64,000 nucleotides of DNA from an uncultured virus (IMG/VR IMGVR_UViG_3300021962_000038) (IMGVR_UViG_3300021962_000038), one strand, 5' to 3'; positions 9,139-18,732 are shown, counted from the first letter of the stretch. Numbers and translations are program-made. The notes: generated by a model from the sequence alone, not told the origin.

Positions 9139-9977
9139 TACTTATAGATTTTACTCAGACCATCATTGCAGGTCTGATGGCACAACTCAAGATAAACGAT
9201 GGAGAGATCAGTAAAGACCTACTTCGTCACATGATAATAAACTCAGTTCGGAACTATCAGAAACGATATGCAAGTGAATACGGTTCCATTGTTTTATGTA
9301 CTGATGCAAGTAATCCATGGAGAAGAGATTACTTTCCCTTTTACAAATCAAACAGAAAGAAAGCTAGAGATAAAGATGATTTAGATTGGGGTCTTATATT
9401 TGAGACTTTGCAAACAGTCAAAGAAGAAATCAGAGATAACTTTCCTTACTACTACATGTATGTAGAGAACTGTGAAGCAGATGATATCATTGCAGTCCTC
9501 ACTAAAAGAAATGCAGAGGTGGGTGAGGATACACTTATCATATCAGGTGATAAGGACTTTCAACAGTTGCATGGTGAAACAGTAAAACAGTTCTCACCTA
9601 ACTTAGGTCGGTTCATTGTATGCAGTGATCCGATTGCATTCAAACAAGAACATATACTCAAAGGTGATAAGTCTGATGGAATACCAAACATACTCTCTAC
9701 AGACAATTGTTTAGATGAAGGTATCAGACAAACTCCACTGAGAAAAAATGTTTTAGATAAATACATGAGAATTACGATTGAAAACGATGATAAATACTAT
9801 CGTAATTATTTACGAAATCAAACTCTTATTGATTTAGATTTCATTCCTAGTGATATAGAACAAAACATTGTGAATGAATTTGAAAAGTGTGAACCACCCC
9901 AAGGTAAAGTTTTCGATTACCTTAGGGAACACAGACTCAATGAGTTATTAGATAATGTCGAGGATTTTAGATTATGA
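9135..9977 (+). CDS. rnh: T4-type RNase H (5'-3' exonuclease)
   Basis: MILIDF, WRRDYFPFYK, EADDIIA, SGDKDFQQL, GDKSDGIPN. Confidence 0.95.
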   Translation: MILIDFTQTIIAGLMAQLKINDGEISKDLLRHMIINSVRNYQKRYASEYGSIVLCTDASNPWRRDYFPFYKSNRKKARDKDDLDWGLIFETLQTVKEEIRDNFPYYYMYVENCEADDIIAVLTKRNAEVGEDTLIISGDKDFQQLHGETVKQFSPNLGRFIVCSDPIAFKQEHILKGDKSDGIPNILSTDNCLDEGIRQTPLRKNVLDKYMRITIENDDKYYRNYLRNQTLIDLDFIPSDIEQNIVNEFEKCEPPQGKVFDYLREHRLNELLDNVEDFRL

Positions 9978-10492
9978 TAGAAGAAAAGAAAAGAGGTAGA
10001 GGGAGACCAAAGGGAGCTCCTAATAAACCTAAAATGGAACTGATTACTGAGAGGAAGAATCTTACTCATAATGCAGATGTATTTGAAATACTATGTCAGG
10101 CAAACATTGTTGCAGGTGAAGATAAAGACAAAGCAGTCAATGGTCTGAGAGTATTCAATGATAGAAACGGTGCAGTAAAAAAAGTACTGCAATGGTTATT
10201 TGATCCTAAGATTGTTTCTACATTGCCTGAAGGTAAAACACCATATAACTCCAACACTGCACCTGCATCCGACCTGAGTGAAACTGCATTGAGATTAGAG
10301 ACAAGACAGTTCAAGTACTTTGTAACAGAACAGGTACCCCAAGTCAGAAGAGAAACGATGTGGATACAACTACTAGAAGGTATCCCATCTAAAGAAGCTG
10401 AACTTATGGATTTGGTAAAGGATAAAGTAAATCCTTTCCCTAACATAACTAAAGAACTTGTATCAAAGGCATTCCCTGAGATTCAAGTATAA
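9974..10492 (+). CDS. Conserved hypothetical protein with N-terminal AT-hook
   Basis: KKRGRGRPKG; LPEG..PY, RRE.MWIQLLEG. Confidence 0.75.
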   Translation: MIEEKKRGRGRPKGAPNKPKMELITERKNLTHNADVFEILCQANIVAGEDKDKAVNGLRVFNDRNGAVKKVLQWLFDPKIVSTLPEGKTPYNSNTAPASDLSETALRLETRQFKYFVTEQVPQVRRETMWIQLLEGIPSKEAELMDLVKDKVNPFPNITKELVSKAFPEIQV

Positions 10493-10495
10493 ATA
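10488..10495 (+). promoter_or_regulatory. T4-type late promoter TATAAATA
   Basis: Exact consensus upstream of ORF 10613. Confidence 0.65.
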
Positions 10496-10612
10496 AATAT
10501 TAGTACAGTCCTCAGAGACTACATATAGAAAAAAGGGAGTTATTATATAACTTCGACTTATGTAACTTCTATAGTCGAGTAGGACTCCTAGGATTTTTAT
10601 GAGGAATATATA

Positions 10613-11980
10613 ATGGCAACAGATGAATTGAAACCATCCCAATTTGCTCAAGAACAAGCAATCCGTCAAAAAACAGAATCGGAAAGACTAGTTGAGCGTG
10701 TAGAAAATTTTACTGTAGGTATAAAACCCAACACAGCACAAAGTGTAAGACAAGTAATAGAGAAAGGATTACAGAAGGGTATCTTTTCTCTCCAAGAATT
10801 AGACTCTCTCTTAGTAGTCAGAAATGAAGTAGAGAAAGGAATACTTGATTTCAATAACACTGTAAAGTTTGTACAAACAAAACTTGCTGAATTGCAAGAA
10901 GAAGAACTTGTCGCAAAACAAGCTGAACTTGCAAAACGAGAAGCTGAAAGAACACAAGAAATCACAGACGAAAGACAACGAAGAAAGAAAGCAGAAGAAG
11001 AAGTACGAATTCTCAAAGCCCAACTCGAAGTACTTTCAGGTGTTGCAGGTAATGTAACATCTGCACCTGTAGCTGTAGAACAACCACATGCACCAAAAGT
11101 AGAGAAACCAAAATCAAAAGCATGGGATATGATTCGTGCAGGTAGACCTCATATAGATGATGCCTATGATTCTGATCTAAGTCATACAATCAAACCTCAA
11201 CCAAAGGATGATCCTGATTTAGTAGAAGCAACTACACCACACATAGAACTATCTCGTAGAGAAAAAGTTCTCTTAGATCCACTAGGTGCAAGTCAGAAAG
11301 ATGCAACAACAACAAGTGTAGATAAAGTTATTGAACTCGATGTTCCTCAAGATGCAAAGACCGTCAAAGACTTCTTTGAGGAAGTGCAAAGAGTAGAAGA
11401 TCTTCCGTCTGCAATTCCACAAGAGAGATTGCAACCAACTCACTACATGGAAGATACCTTTGAAGAACTAGAAGCATCACAAGAGTCAGACTTCAAATTC
11501 GTTGAAGAAGATGTAAAGACAAAACCTAACTACACTAAACCAACTATCACTGCTGGTAATGCACCCAATCTAAAAGCAGTTGTTCAAGAACCTAAAAATG
11601 TTGAAGCAAAAGTAGACAAACCTATTCGTCAATATGATAGTGAAGAAGAACTCCTTGCAGATGCAAAACGAAGAGCAGAAGAAAGAAAGGCACAAAAAGA
11701 AGCAGAAGAAGAGTTTGAAGAAATAACTATACCTTCTGAAAGTGAACTTCGTGGTATGACTAAAACAGAAATTGAAACTATTGCAAAGACATTAGGTTTT
11801 GAGTCAGTAATTACATCACTCACTAAAGATAAAATGATTGATAACTTTCTAAGTGAAACCGATTCTTTTATAACCAGCCTACAAGAGAGTGGTGAGTTTG
11901 TAAGTGCATCTGAAACAGATGTGAAAGATGAAACGGATAAGAAGGATGCTGACGATATCAGAGACGGCGGATACTTTTAG
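10613..11980 (+). CDS. Acidic coiled-coil hypothetical protein with a possible Rho-N/HeH-like C-terminal motif
   Basis: GAGGA SD, heptad-rich N-half, and ELRGMTKTEIETIAKTLG..LTKDKMI. Confidence 0.7.
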   Translation: MATDELKPSQFAQEQAIRQKTESERLVERVENFTVGIKPNTAQSVRQVIEKGLQKGIFSLQELDSLLVVRNEVEKGILDFNNTVKFVQTKLAELQEEELVAKQAELAKREAERTQEITDERQRRKKAEEEVRILKAQLEVLSGVAGNVTSAPVAVEQPHAPKVEKPKSKAWDMIRAGRPHIDDAYDSDLSHTIKPQPKDDPDLVEATTPHIELSRREKVLLDPLGASQKDATTTSVDKVIELDVPQDAKTVKDFFEEVQRVEDLPSAIPQERLQPTHYMEDTFEELEASQESDFKFVEEDVKTKPNYTKPTITAGNAPNLKAVVQEPKNVEAKVDKPIRQYDSEEELLADAKRRAEERKAQKEAEEEFEEITIPSESELRGMTKTEIETIAKTLGFESVITSLTKDKMIDNFLSETDSFITSLQESGEFVSASETDVKDETDKKDADDIRDGGYF

Positions 11981-12383
11981 TTATGGAGTGGTTGAACCAC
12001 TAGACACAAAAAAAGTAAGTCGTCATTATGTTGATAGACTAGAAGAAATTGCAGACGATGTTCTTCGTTTCAATTTTCCTCATGACTATTCTGTTAGACT
12101 AGGTTCTCTCTACTCAGGTAGAATGTTTCTACATAAAGAGAATGATGAACTTATTTTCTGTATGACACAACTTCCTATTCTCAATCAGATCACTCTTAGA
12201 CCTTACCTATATAAAAGAAAAGGAAATCCTACATCTATAGTTTTAGATGCAGATGAAGATTGTCAGTTCTTTATTGTACCCAAATATTTTTCACCCTTCA
12301 AAGAAGGTGATAAGATTGAGTTTGAATATGTACCTGAAGATGAACCTGATACAGAAAGAAAGGTACTATGTCGGAAATTATAG
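11928..12383 (+). CDS. Hypothetical protein
   Basis: Fills the gap in the operon. Start is uncertain. Confidence 0.6.
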   Translation: MKRIRRMLTISETADTFSYGVVEPLDTKKVSRHYVDRLEEIADDVLRFNFPHDYSVRLGSLYSGRMFLHKENDELIFCMTQLPILNQITLRPYLYKRKGNPTSIVLDADEDCQFFIVPKYFSPFKEGDKIEFEYVPEDEPDTERKVLCRKL

Positions 12384-13327
12384 CAACAACAAAGGTAGAT
12401 CAATATGAGTTTCTTGAGCACAGAAGAGAACAAGAGAGAAAACACTGGAACAAAAACAGTCTCAGTGGGAGACCTCTTGACTCGATTCTTACAGTTGAAA
12501 TTAATACTACTGAGTTGTGCAATCGCACCTGTATCTTTTGCCCTAGACATGACCCACAAGTATTCCCCAACAGGAATTTACATCTTACGCCTAAAGGTGC
12601 TGAAACCATTGCAGAACAATTAGAAGAAGAAGGATATAACGGTAAGATTTCGTTTAGTGGTTTCGGAGAGAACCTACTCAATCCTAATTTCGTAGAGATC
12701 GTCAAGATATTCAAAACAGCATTACCCTATGCAACCATAGAGTGCAACACAAACGGTGACAAACTTACAGACAAGTATATCAGAGACCTAGTTCATTATG
12801 CGGGTTTAGACTTGTTGTATATCAATCTATATGATGGCCCTGAACAAATGAAACACTTTGATGAAATGATTCTATCGGCAGAGATAAGACCTGATCAATA
12901 TAAGTATCGTATGCACTGGGGTGATTATGAGAAACATGGATTGATACTAAATAACAGAAGTGGTGTGATAGATTGGGTTGGTATTGAAGAAGATAATATC
13001 AAGTCTCTACAAGGTAAACCCTGTCATTATCCCTTCTATAAAATGTTTGTTGATTGGAACGGTGATGTGTTATTCTGTTCTAACGATTGGGGTAGAGAAC
13101 ATGTAGTAGGCAATCTACTGCAACAATCCTTATACGATGTATGGTTCTCTAAACCTATGACAAAGATCCGTAAACGACTTATGAAGGGTGATCGTTCACA
13201 TTCACCTTGTAATAAATGCAGTGTAGATGGTTCACTGTTTGGAAAACCATCGTTTGATTTGGTAGTGAAACACTATGAAGATATTAATAATGGGTCTGCC
13301 AGGCTCAGGAAAGACGACACTAGCTAA
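12368..13327 (+). CDS. Radical SAM protein with SPASM/twitch domain
   Basis: CNRTCIFC (CxxxCxxC), SGFGENLL, NTNG; C-terminal PC..P...VDWNGDVLFC..D, CNKC. Confidence 0.93.
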   Translation: MSEIIATTKVDQYEFLEHRREQERKHWNKNSLSGRPLDSILTVEINTTELCNRTCIFCPRHDPQVFPNRNLHLTPKGAETIAEQLEEEGYNGKISFSGFGENLLNPNFVEIVKIFKTALPYATIECNTNGDKLTDKYIRDLVHYAGLDLLYINLYDGPEQMKHFDEMILSAEIRPDQYKYRMHWGDYEKHGLILNNRSGVIDWVGIEEDNIKSLQGKPCHYPFYKMFVDWNGDVLFCSNDWGREHVVGNLLQQSLYDVWFSKPMTKIRKRLMKGDRSHSPCNKCSVDGSLFGKPSFDLVVKHYEDINNGSARLRKDDTS

Positions 13328-13712
13328 AGAGTTATCTTACCACTTTCTTATTCCACACTACAATGCAGATACCCTTAGGGAGTTTCATGACGATTGGGAT
13401 TTCTCTAATTTAGGTAGAGCAAGACAGGCACATAGAATGTCATCTTTTGAATTTGGTATTCTAGATTTCGTTTGTCCTTCTCCTGCATACAGAGATATAG
13501 TCAATGCAGATTATACCATTTGGATGGATACGATTGAAAAAGGAAGATTTGAAGATACAAACAAAGTGTTCATACCACCTACCAAATATAATGTAAGGAT
13601 AGAAAAATGGATTGGACTAAACCGACTACGCAAATGCTTGGGAGATTCCAGCCCTGGCATACAGGGCATACAGAACTTTTTAGAAGAGCAATTGCCAAAA
13701 CTGGCCAAGTAG
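13275..13712 (+). CDS. P-loop kinase, adenylylsulfate-kinase-like
   Basis: ILIMGLPGSGKTT, NAD..R, DWDFS..GR.RQA.RM, DFVCP, GRFEDTNK. Confidence 0.8.
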   Translation: MKILIMGLPGSGKTTLAKELSYHFLIPHYNADTLREFHDDWDFSNLGRARQAHRMSSFEFGILDFVCPSPAYRDIVNADYTIWMDTIEKGRFEDTNKVFIPPTKYNVRIEKWIGLNRLRKCLGDSSPGIQGIQNFLEEQLPKLAK

Positions 13713-13984
13713 TTATACTGATTAGAAATACTGAGTTAGACGATAAGAATCCCTACACTTTTGGAGAGAGGGAAAAACAAATTGTATATGCATTAGAAAG
13801 TAATGGATATAGACACTTAGAAGATTTTACAATTCTTAGAGTACCCAACATCACACATATCACCTATGGTCGTGATGTAGGTTACACTATAGAACAAGAA
13901 CACTTAGATAAGGAGATAGAAAACATAAGTGCAACAGACATTAGAAAAAGACTCAAAGACAAAGAGTCTACTGAAAACATTTAG
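13607..13984 (+). CDS. Cytidylyltransferase-like (HxGH) nucleotidyltransferase
   Basis: LGRFQPWHTGH, NPY, YGRDVGY, ISATDIR. Confidence 0.88.
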   Translation: MDWTKPTTQMLGRFQPWHTGHTELFRRAIAKTGQVVILIRNTELDDKNPYTFGEREKQIVYALESNGYRHLEDFTILRVPNITHITYGRDVGYTIEQEHLDKEIENISATDIRKRLKDKESTENI

Positions 13985-14135
13985 TTGGAGAACGATTGCA
14001 ACCATATCCACAATAGGGATAGCATATCTCTTTACGGATAATGTTGAAGTTGCACTGAGTATAGGAGTAGCAGAATTTATTTTCAAGATGGTGATCTTCT
14101 ATATACACGAAAGAGCATGGAGTAATGTAAAATGA
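13929..14135 (+). CDS. DUF2061-type small membrane protein
   Basis: SLLKTFSWR..A ... FYIHERAW. Confidence 0.8.
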   Translation: MQQTLEKDSKTKSLLKTFSWRTIATISTIGIAYLFTDNVEVALSIGVAEFIFKMVIFYIHERAWSNVK

Positions 14136-14707
14136 AAAGAATACTAATAACAGGTAGCACAAAACTTGCAAGGTCAATAACAAATACCTTTACCAAAACC
14201 CCATGGCAAGGTGGTGTGTTTACAGTACACAATGCAAGAGTGGACGAAGCGATATCATGGAATGACTATGATATCTTTATCAACAATGCACATGTCAAGT
14301 TCAGACAAACAGAATTATTGTGGGAATGTTTCCAACATTGGGGTAGTGATGAAACCAAACACATCATCAATATCTCCAGTCGTGCTCATGAGCCTAATAT
14401 CTCAAAGGGGTATTTGTATTCAGCACAAAAGGCTGCACTCAATCATCTTGCAAGTAATCTAGTGTACAACTCTGATAAGAAGTGTAGAATGACTACACTC
14501 AATCTCGGTCTTATGAACCATGAACTTCCTAGTTTGAGTTATCAGTATGTTGCAGGTGAAGTGTATCGTATAGTGACACAATACCCTGATGTCGAAATGA
14601 CAGAAGTAACTATTCAACATAGAGAGAACTACAAAAGTGTTCAGAATGACAAAGAGTTTCTTTTGACTATGGACAAGTATAAGACAGATGGGTTCCCATT
14701 TGCATAA
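14132..14707 (+). CDS. Short-chain dehydrogenase/reductase-like protein
   Basis: ILITGS, DIFINNA, IINISS, YSAQK (YxxxK). Confidence 0.85.
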   Translation: MKRILITGSTKLARSITNTFTKTPWQGGVFTVHNARVDEAISWNDYDIFINNAHVKFRQTELLWECFQHWGSDETKHIINISSRAHEPNISKGYLYSAQKAALNHLASNLVYNSDKKCRMTTLNLGLMNHELPSLSYQYVAGEVYRIVTQYPDVEMTEVTIQHRENYKSVQNDKEFLLTMDKYKTDGFPFA

Positions 14708-14715
14708 ATAATAGT

Positions 14716-14964
14716 ATGAGTATAGAATACAACGACTTCGGTTTTACAGCAATGGATGCAGAGGAACTTGCTTCTGTAGATACTAAGATTGTACAAAAGA
14801 CCACAACAGCAACAGAAGTTATCAACAAACTAGATAACTTCATCCGACCTCTCCTTGAAAACCTTGCAAAGGACTCAGACAAGGACTACATCTATTGGCC
14901 CAATAGAGTAGAGATCATCAATAAGAAAATTCAAGAACTAAACGACATTCAAAATAATTTATAA
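14716..14964 (+). CDS. Conserved T4-like hypothetical protein
   Basis: DFGFTA, PLLENL.K, YIYWPNR. CATAAATA late promoter at 14703-14710. Confidence 0.75.
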   Translation: MSIEYNDFGFTAMDAEELASVDTKIVQKTTTATEVINKLDNFIRPLLENLAKDSDKDYIYWPNRVEIINKKIQELNDIQNNL

Positions 14965-14991
14965 TTTTTTTATAAAAAAATAAAAAACCCC

Positions 14992-15020
14992 TTTACAGAA
15001 CAGTCCATCTGCCCTATAAT
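14992..15020 (+). promoter_or_regulatory. sigma70-type promoter TTTACA-17-TATAAT
   Basis: Preceded by an A-tract UP-like element and AAAACCCC. Confidence 0.7.
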
Positions 15021-15089
15021 GTAATCATGGTTGAATCAATACAGGGTTTTGTATTGAGAACCGAACCGTAATACATTGAGGTATTTTAT

Positions 15090-16250
15090 ATGTCATTACA
15101 AAACAAATATATTGTGGACTTGGCGAAATCTACAGTATTTACCGATAAGGATTTAGAATTGTCAAAATCAGTTTTCAATCCTGATACGCATCCTGAATAC
15201 TTTTATCTCTCAGAAATGGGACTAGAGTATGTCAAAACAACCCTTATGGAAGATGTTGAAGTTAACAACATCAACCCAACACTTCGTAAGAAGATGTTGC
15301 AAATGTTCCGTAAAGGTTCGTCAAAAAAATATCCTATCGTTAAAGACAGTTTTCTCAGTAGAGGGTATGACCTTCGTGCAAAAGGAATATTTGTCCTAGT
15401 TGACGAGAATGGTAATGTTGAATATCTGTTTAGTGGAAACACTACTCATGATATTCTAACCAAACACACTAATATGCAAAATAGAGTTGTGCATGTATTC
15501 AGAAAGAATGCATTCTTTTCTATAGCCAAACTTGCACAAATTGGTGGATATTTCAATGCCTTAGATTTAGAATTTGATTCTATCTCTTGGGAAGATATGG
15601 AAGTTATAGCTAGAGTCCAAGTGGAACAAGGTGAAATTGCACTTCCTAAAAATCCTACTGAAAAACAGAGAAAAAAATTCTTTGATGATATTAGAGAAGT
15701 TATTTCTTTTACAGGAAATGGTAAGTTCGATACGAAGGAACAGAAGATCAACGCTCTTCTAATTGAACTTTATGTTGAACAGACAGGTGATGCTTCTGTC
15801 ATTACTATCAAAAGTGAAACACAGTTGATGGAAATTCTAAAGGAACAATTTCCTGAAATATACACTGATGGAAAGTATAATCAGTGGACTGGTTATTCTT
15901 GTTTCTCAGAAAAAATCTTACCAAGTTTTTCTGCAAAATGGTATGATAGAGGAAGGTGTGAGAAAGTAAGAATGGATATGATCATCCATTTTGGAACACC
16001 AAATCCTAGTGATCCTATCAAATGGATTAGGGATGCGTTTGTGGCATTCGAGTATGAGTGGAGAAGATTGCATGACTTCTTTGGGAATGCATACTTCAAC
16101 TCACCTCTCGTCCTCACTAATAGGTTCTCTATTGAGGGGTTCTACCAGCAATCTCTAGAGTTGGATAGGGAGTCAGATGGATTACTGAAGTTTGGAACAG
16201 TAATTCCTTTTGATGTCATGAAAAATTATTTTCAAAACTATTTGAAATAG
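15090..16250 (+). CDS. Hypothetical protein (386 aa) with its own promoter
   Basis: Long ORF with GAGG SD. No confident family. Confidence 0.7.
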   Translation: MSLQNKYIVDLAKSTVFTDKDLELSKSVFNPDTHPEYFYLSEMGLEYVKTTLMEDVEVNNINPTLRKKMLQMFRKGSSKKYPIVKDSFLSRGYDLRAKGIFVLVDENGNVEYLFSGNTTHDILTKHTNMQNRVVHVFRKNAFFSIAKLAQIGGYFNALDLEFDSISWEDMEVIARVQVEQGEIALPKNPTEKQRKKFFDDIREVISFTGNGKFDTKEQKINALLIELYVEQTGDASVITIKSETQLMEILKEQFPEIYTDGKYNQWTGYSCFSEKILPSFSAKWYDRGRCEKVRMDMIIHFGTPNPSDPIKWIRDAFVAFEYEWRRLHDFFGNAYFNSPLVLTNRFSIEGFYQQSLELDRESDGLLKFGTVIPFDVMKNYFQNYLK

Positions 16251-16252
16251 CC

Positions 16253-16282
16253 TTGACTACACCTCTCACTTTTTATTATACT
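16253..16282 (+). promoter_or_regulatory. Early promoter TTGACT-18-TATACT with TCACTTTTT spacer
   Basis: ttgact acacctctcactttttat tatact. Confidence 0.75.
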
Positions 16283-16331
16283 AATAATACTATAACTGTG
16301 AGAGGTGTATCTCTCTACTAAGGAGTATATT

Positions 16332-16598
16332 ATGTTATCAGAAAATGGTATTGTTGCATTAGGTAGACACCTAATCAATCAATGTGAAAAGAATGAATTG
16401 TATCCTAAGGACGATCTCTTGTGGAATGCAGCTGTTACTGCTGGGAATAAGATGGTAACCGTGGGAACAGTATGGTCTAGGTTCAAAGACTTCTCGTCTT
16501 TAGACAGAAACGAAATACAAGCAGTATTAGGTTTTATCAAATCCAAACAAGGTGCTAAGTTTCTTGAAGAGGTGAACCTAACCACTGCAAAACTATGA
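16332..16598 (+). CDS. Hypothetical protein
   Basis: AAGGAG SD before ATG 16332. Confidence 0.7.
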   Translation: MLSENGIVALGRHLINQCEKNELYPKDDLLWNAAVTAGNKMVTVGTVWSRFKDFSSLDRNEIQAVLGFIKSKQGAKFLEEVNLTTAKL

Positions 16599-17356
16599 TA
16601 GATTTACAACACAAAGATTGTCTAGAATTTTTGTATGCACTTCCTGATGAAAGTGTAGGACATATCAATTGTGATCCACCTTACAACATTGGTTATGACG
16701 GTGGTGCAGGATGGGATACATTTGCAAATGAAGATGAATATTTGGAATGGTCTAAGTTGTGGATTACCGAGTGTAGTCGTGTATTGAAACCCAATCGTAT
16801 GTTATGTGTATGGGGAACACAAAAGACCGATCTATTCTTTCGTCTGAAGTTGGAAGTGTTGAACAAGATAGAAGGACTTGTTCCTCAGTCTGCAATCCAC
16901 TGGTCATACAACTGGGGTGGTCGTCCTCGTAATAACTTTGCACACAAGTTTGAAACTGCATGGTGTTATTCTAAAGGTAAAGACTTTCACTTTGATAGGA
17001 CACACATTGAAGTTCCTAGAAAGATGGAGATCAATGTAAGGACTGGAGAGAAGTATGAGAACGGAACTATCCCCACTACTATTTGGGAAGGTAATCTAAC
17101 CACTAACTCTAAGGAAGCTAAAGAGTCAAACTTCCACCCCACCGTAAAACCCCAGTTTATTCTACAACGAATGATCAATGCTTACTGTCCTAAGGATGAG
17201 ACCGTATTAGACTGTTTCAGTGGATCAGGTAGCACTGCATTAGCCTGTATCAATACTGGTCGTGATTTCGTTGGTTGTGAGGGGTATGAGGAGTATTATA
17301 ATAAGTCCTTAGAACGGTTATCGCTACATACAGGAATAACTGAATTTATGGGTTGA
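16595..17356 (+). CDS. DNA amino-methyltransferase (N4-C/N6-A, beta class)
   Basis: N-terminal DPPY, HPTVKP, C-terminal LDCFSGSGST. Confidence 0.93.
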   Translation: MIDLQHKDCLEFLYALPDESVGHINCDPPYNIGYDGGAGWDTFANEDEYLEWSKLWITECSRVLKPNRMLCVWGTQKTDLFFRLKLEVLNKIEGLVPQSAIHWSYNWGGRPRNNFAHKFETAWCYSKGKDFHFDRTHIEVPRKMEINVRTGEKYENGTIPTTIWEGNLTTNSKEAKESNFHPTVKPQFILQRMINAYCPKDETVLDCFSGSGSTALACINTGRDFVGCEGYEEYYNKSLERLSLHTGITEFMG

Positions 17357-17398
17357 CAATAGGTATCACTTTTTTATATAATTAAATTATGAGAGAAA
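17353..17398 (+). promoter_or_regulatory. Early promoter cassette (46 bp, identical to 18814-18859)
   Basis: ttgacaataggtatcacttttttatataattaaattatgagagaaa. Confidence 0.85.
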
Positions 17399-17412
17399 TA
17401 AAAGGAGACAAT

Positions 17413-17784
17413 ATGAAACTTTCTGAATTAGTAAATGAAGTGAACCAAGAACAAGAGTTGTTCCAGTTATGTGATAAACTCTGTGAAGATATCGCAGCTG
17501 AACACTTCAAAAATTTTCCTACTCTAACCGATTATTCTTGGGGTTATGAAGTTGGACGAAAATACATCAAGATAATTGAAAGTGGTACCTACCAACGATC
17601 CGTTTGGGGTTTTATCAACAAAACTGAATTCAAAAAAGGTTCGTGTGGAATTACTTTCAAAGTTGGTGATGTTCTTATGGCAGCTGGTTGGAAAACACCT
17701 GCTCTAAACAGACCAAGAGGAAACCTCTTTGACGGTTATGTGATCAAAGGAAGAAGAAGATACGGCCCTGACTATCTAATCTAA
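17413..17784 (+). CDS. Conserved early hypothetical protein (GRKYIKI...AAGWKTPA.N..RGN family)
   Basis: AAGGAGA SD. In-frame upstream ATG at 17389. Confidence 0.8.
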   Translation: MKLSELVNEVNQEQELFQLCDKLCEDIAAEHFKNFPTLTDYSWGYEVGRKYIKIIESGTYQRSVWGFINKTEFKKGSCGITFKVGDVLMAAGWKTPALNRPRGNLFDGYVIKGRRRYGPDYLI

Positions 17785-17869
17785 TGAAAACTTTTTTCAA
17801 ACTACTAGGATACTCTGCACTACTTTTTGTAGTGTGGTGTATCATAGTTATTCTTATAGGAACGACACT

Positions 17870-18523
17870 ATGAAACTAGAAGATTTTACAGATGCTAACG
17901 GCCGTCCATTGACATTTGACGATTTACGATATTTTGCAAAGCAACAATTCTCTGTTGATAATTGGGCAAACGGACTTTATCTTTCAACTGAGGAACTGGG
18001 TATGCAAAAGGGAACTGACAAGACACAGTGGAGAGAAGCGTCAATGGCGGGTAAACTAAGACATAAAGTGCATCCTAAGATATCCTCAGGTGCAGGATCG
18101 GATGAATACGGTTCTGATGCACTCAACGAGGAAACTGGTAAATTCTCAGAATACAAATCCAATGCAGTCGTTGATCGTCAACTACGAAACTTTTACGAAC
18201 TACCTAAAGGAAACAATGGACAAACCTTTGCACCTCTTGTTGTGAAGGGTGTCTACAATGGTGCATACAAAGAGAGTGCAATCGAAGCATACACAAAGAT
18301 TGATCATTACTTTGGAGTGTTTTGGAAAGAAGAAGTTCTGTTGATTATCAAAGTCAACACTGATGAGGTCATACGACAGTTGACAGAAAACAATGCAAAG
18401 AGAAAGCCAGGCAAAACAACCAACTGTAATAATGTGTCAATCAGTTTACGAGATATACACTTGTATGAGATTGCATACAAACGAGAGGGAAATGTGATAG
18501 AGGAAAATAATATAAAACTATGA
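17870..18523 (+). CDS. Putative PD-(D/E)xK (restriction-type) endonuclease
   Basis: GSDA-(8 aa)-SEYKS catalytic-like motif. Confidence 0.55.
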   Translation: MKLEDFTDANGRPLTFDDLRYFAKQQFSVDNWANGLYLSTEELGMQKGTDKTQWREASMAGKLRHKVHPKISSGAGSDEYGSDALNEETGKFSEYKSNAVVDRQLRNFYELPKGNNGQTFAPLVVKGVYNGAYKESAIEAYTKIDHYFGVFWKEEVLLIIKVNTDEVIRQLTENNAKRKPGKTTNCNNVSISLRDIHLYEIAYKREGNVIEENNIKL

Positions 18524-18732
18524 GAGTGTTAGTGCAAAACTATGGGGATGTCAGGATATTCTACGATAGACCATTTGGATATAAGAGATACCATGTGGTG
18601 TGGCCTGACAAGACTGAAATGTTCTCAGGTATTTGGTATAAAGAAAAGGATGTTATTGAACATGTTGAAAAGCGTCTGTTCTTTGCACTAGGAGAAGATC
18701 ACAATAGGGGCTCCGAGCTCGGGCAGGGATAA
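18520..18732 (+). CDS. Small hypothetical protein
   Basis: ATGA coupling with the upstream ORF. Confidence 0.6.
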   Translation: MRVLVQNYGDVRIFYDRPFGYKRYHVVWPDKTEMFSGIWYKEKDVIEHVEKRLFFALGEDHNRGSELGQG

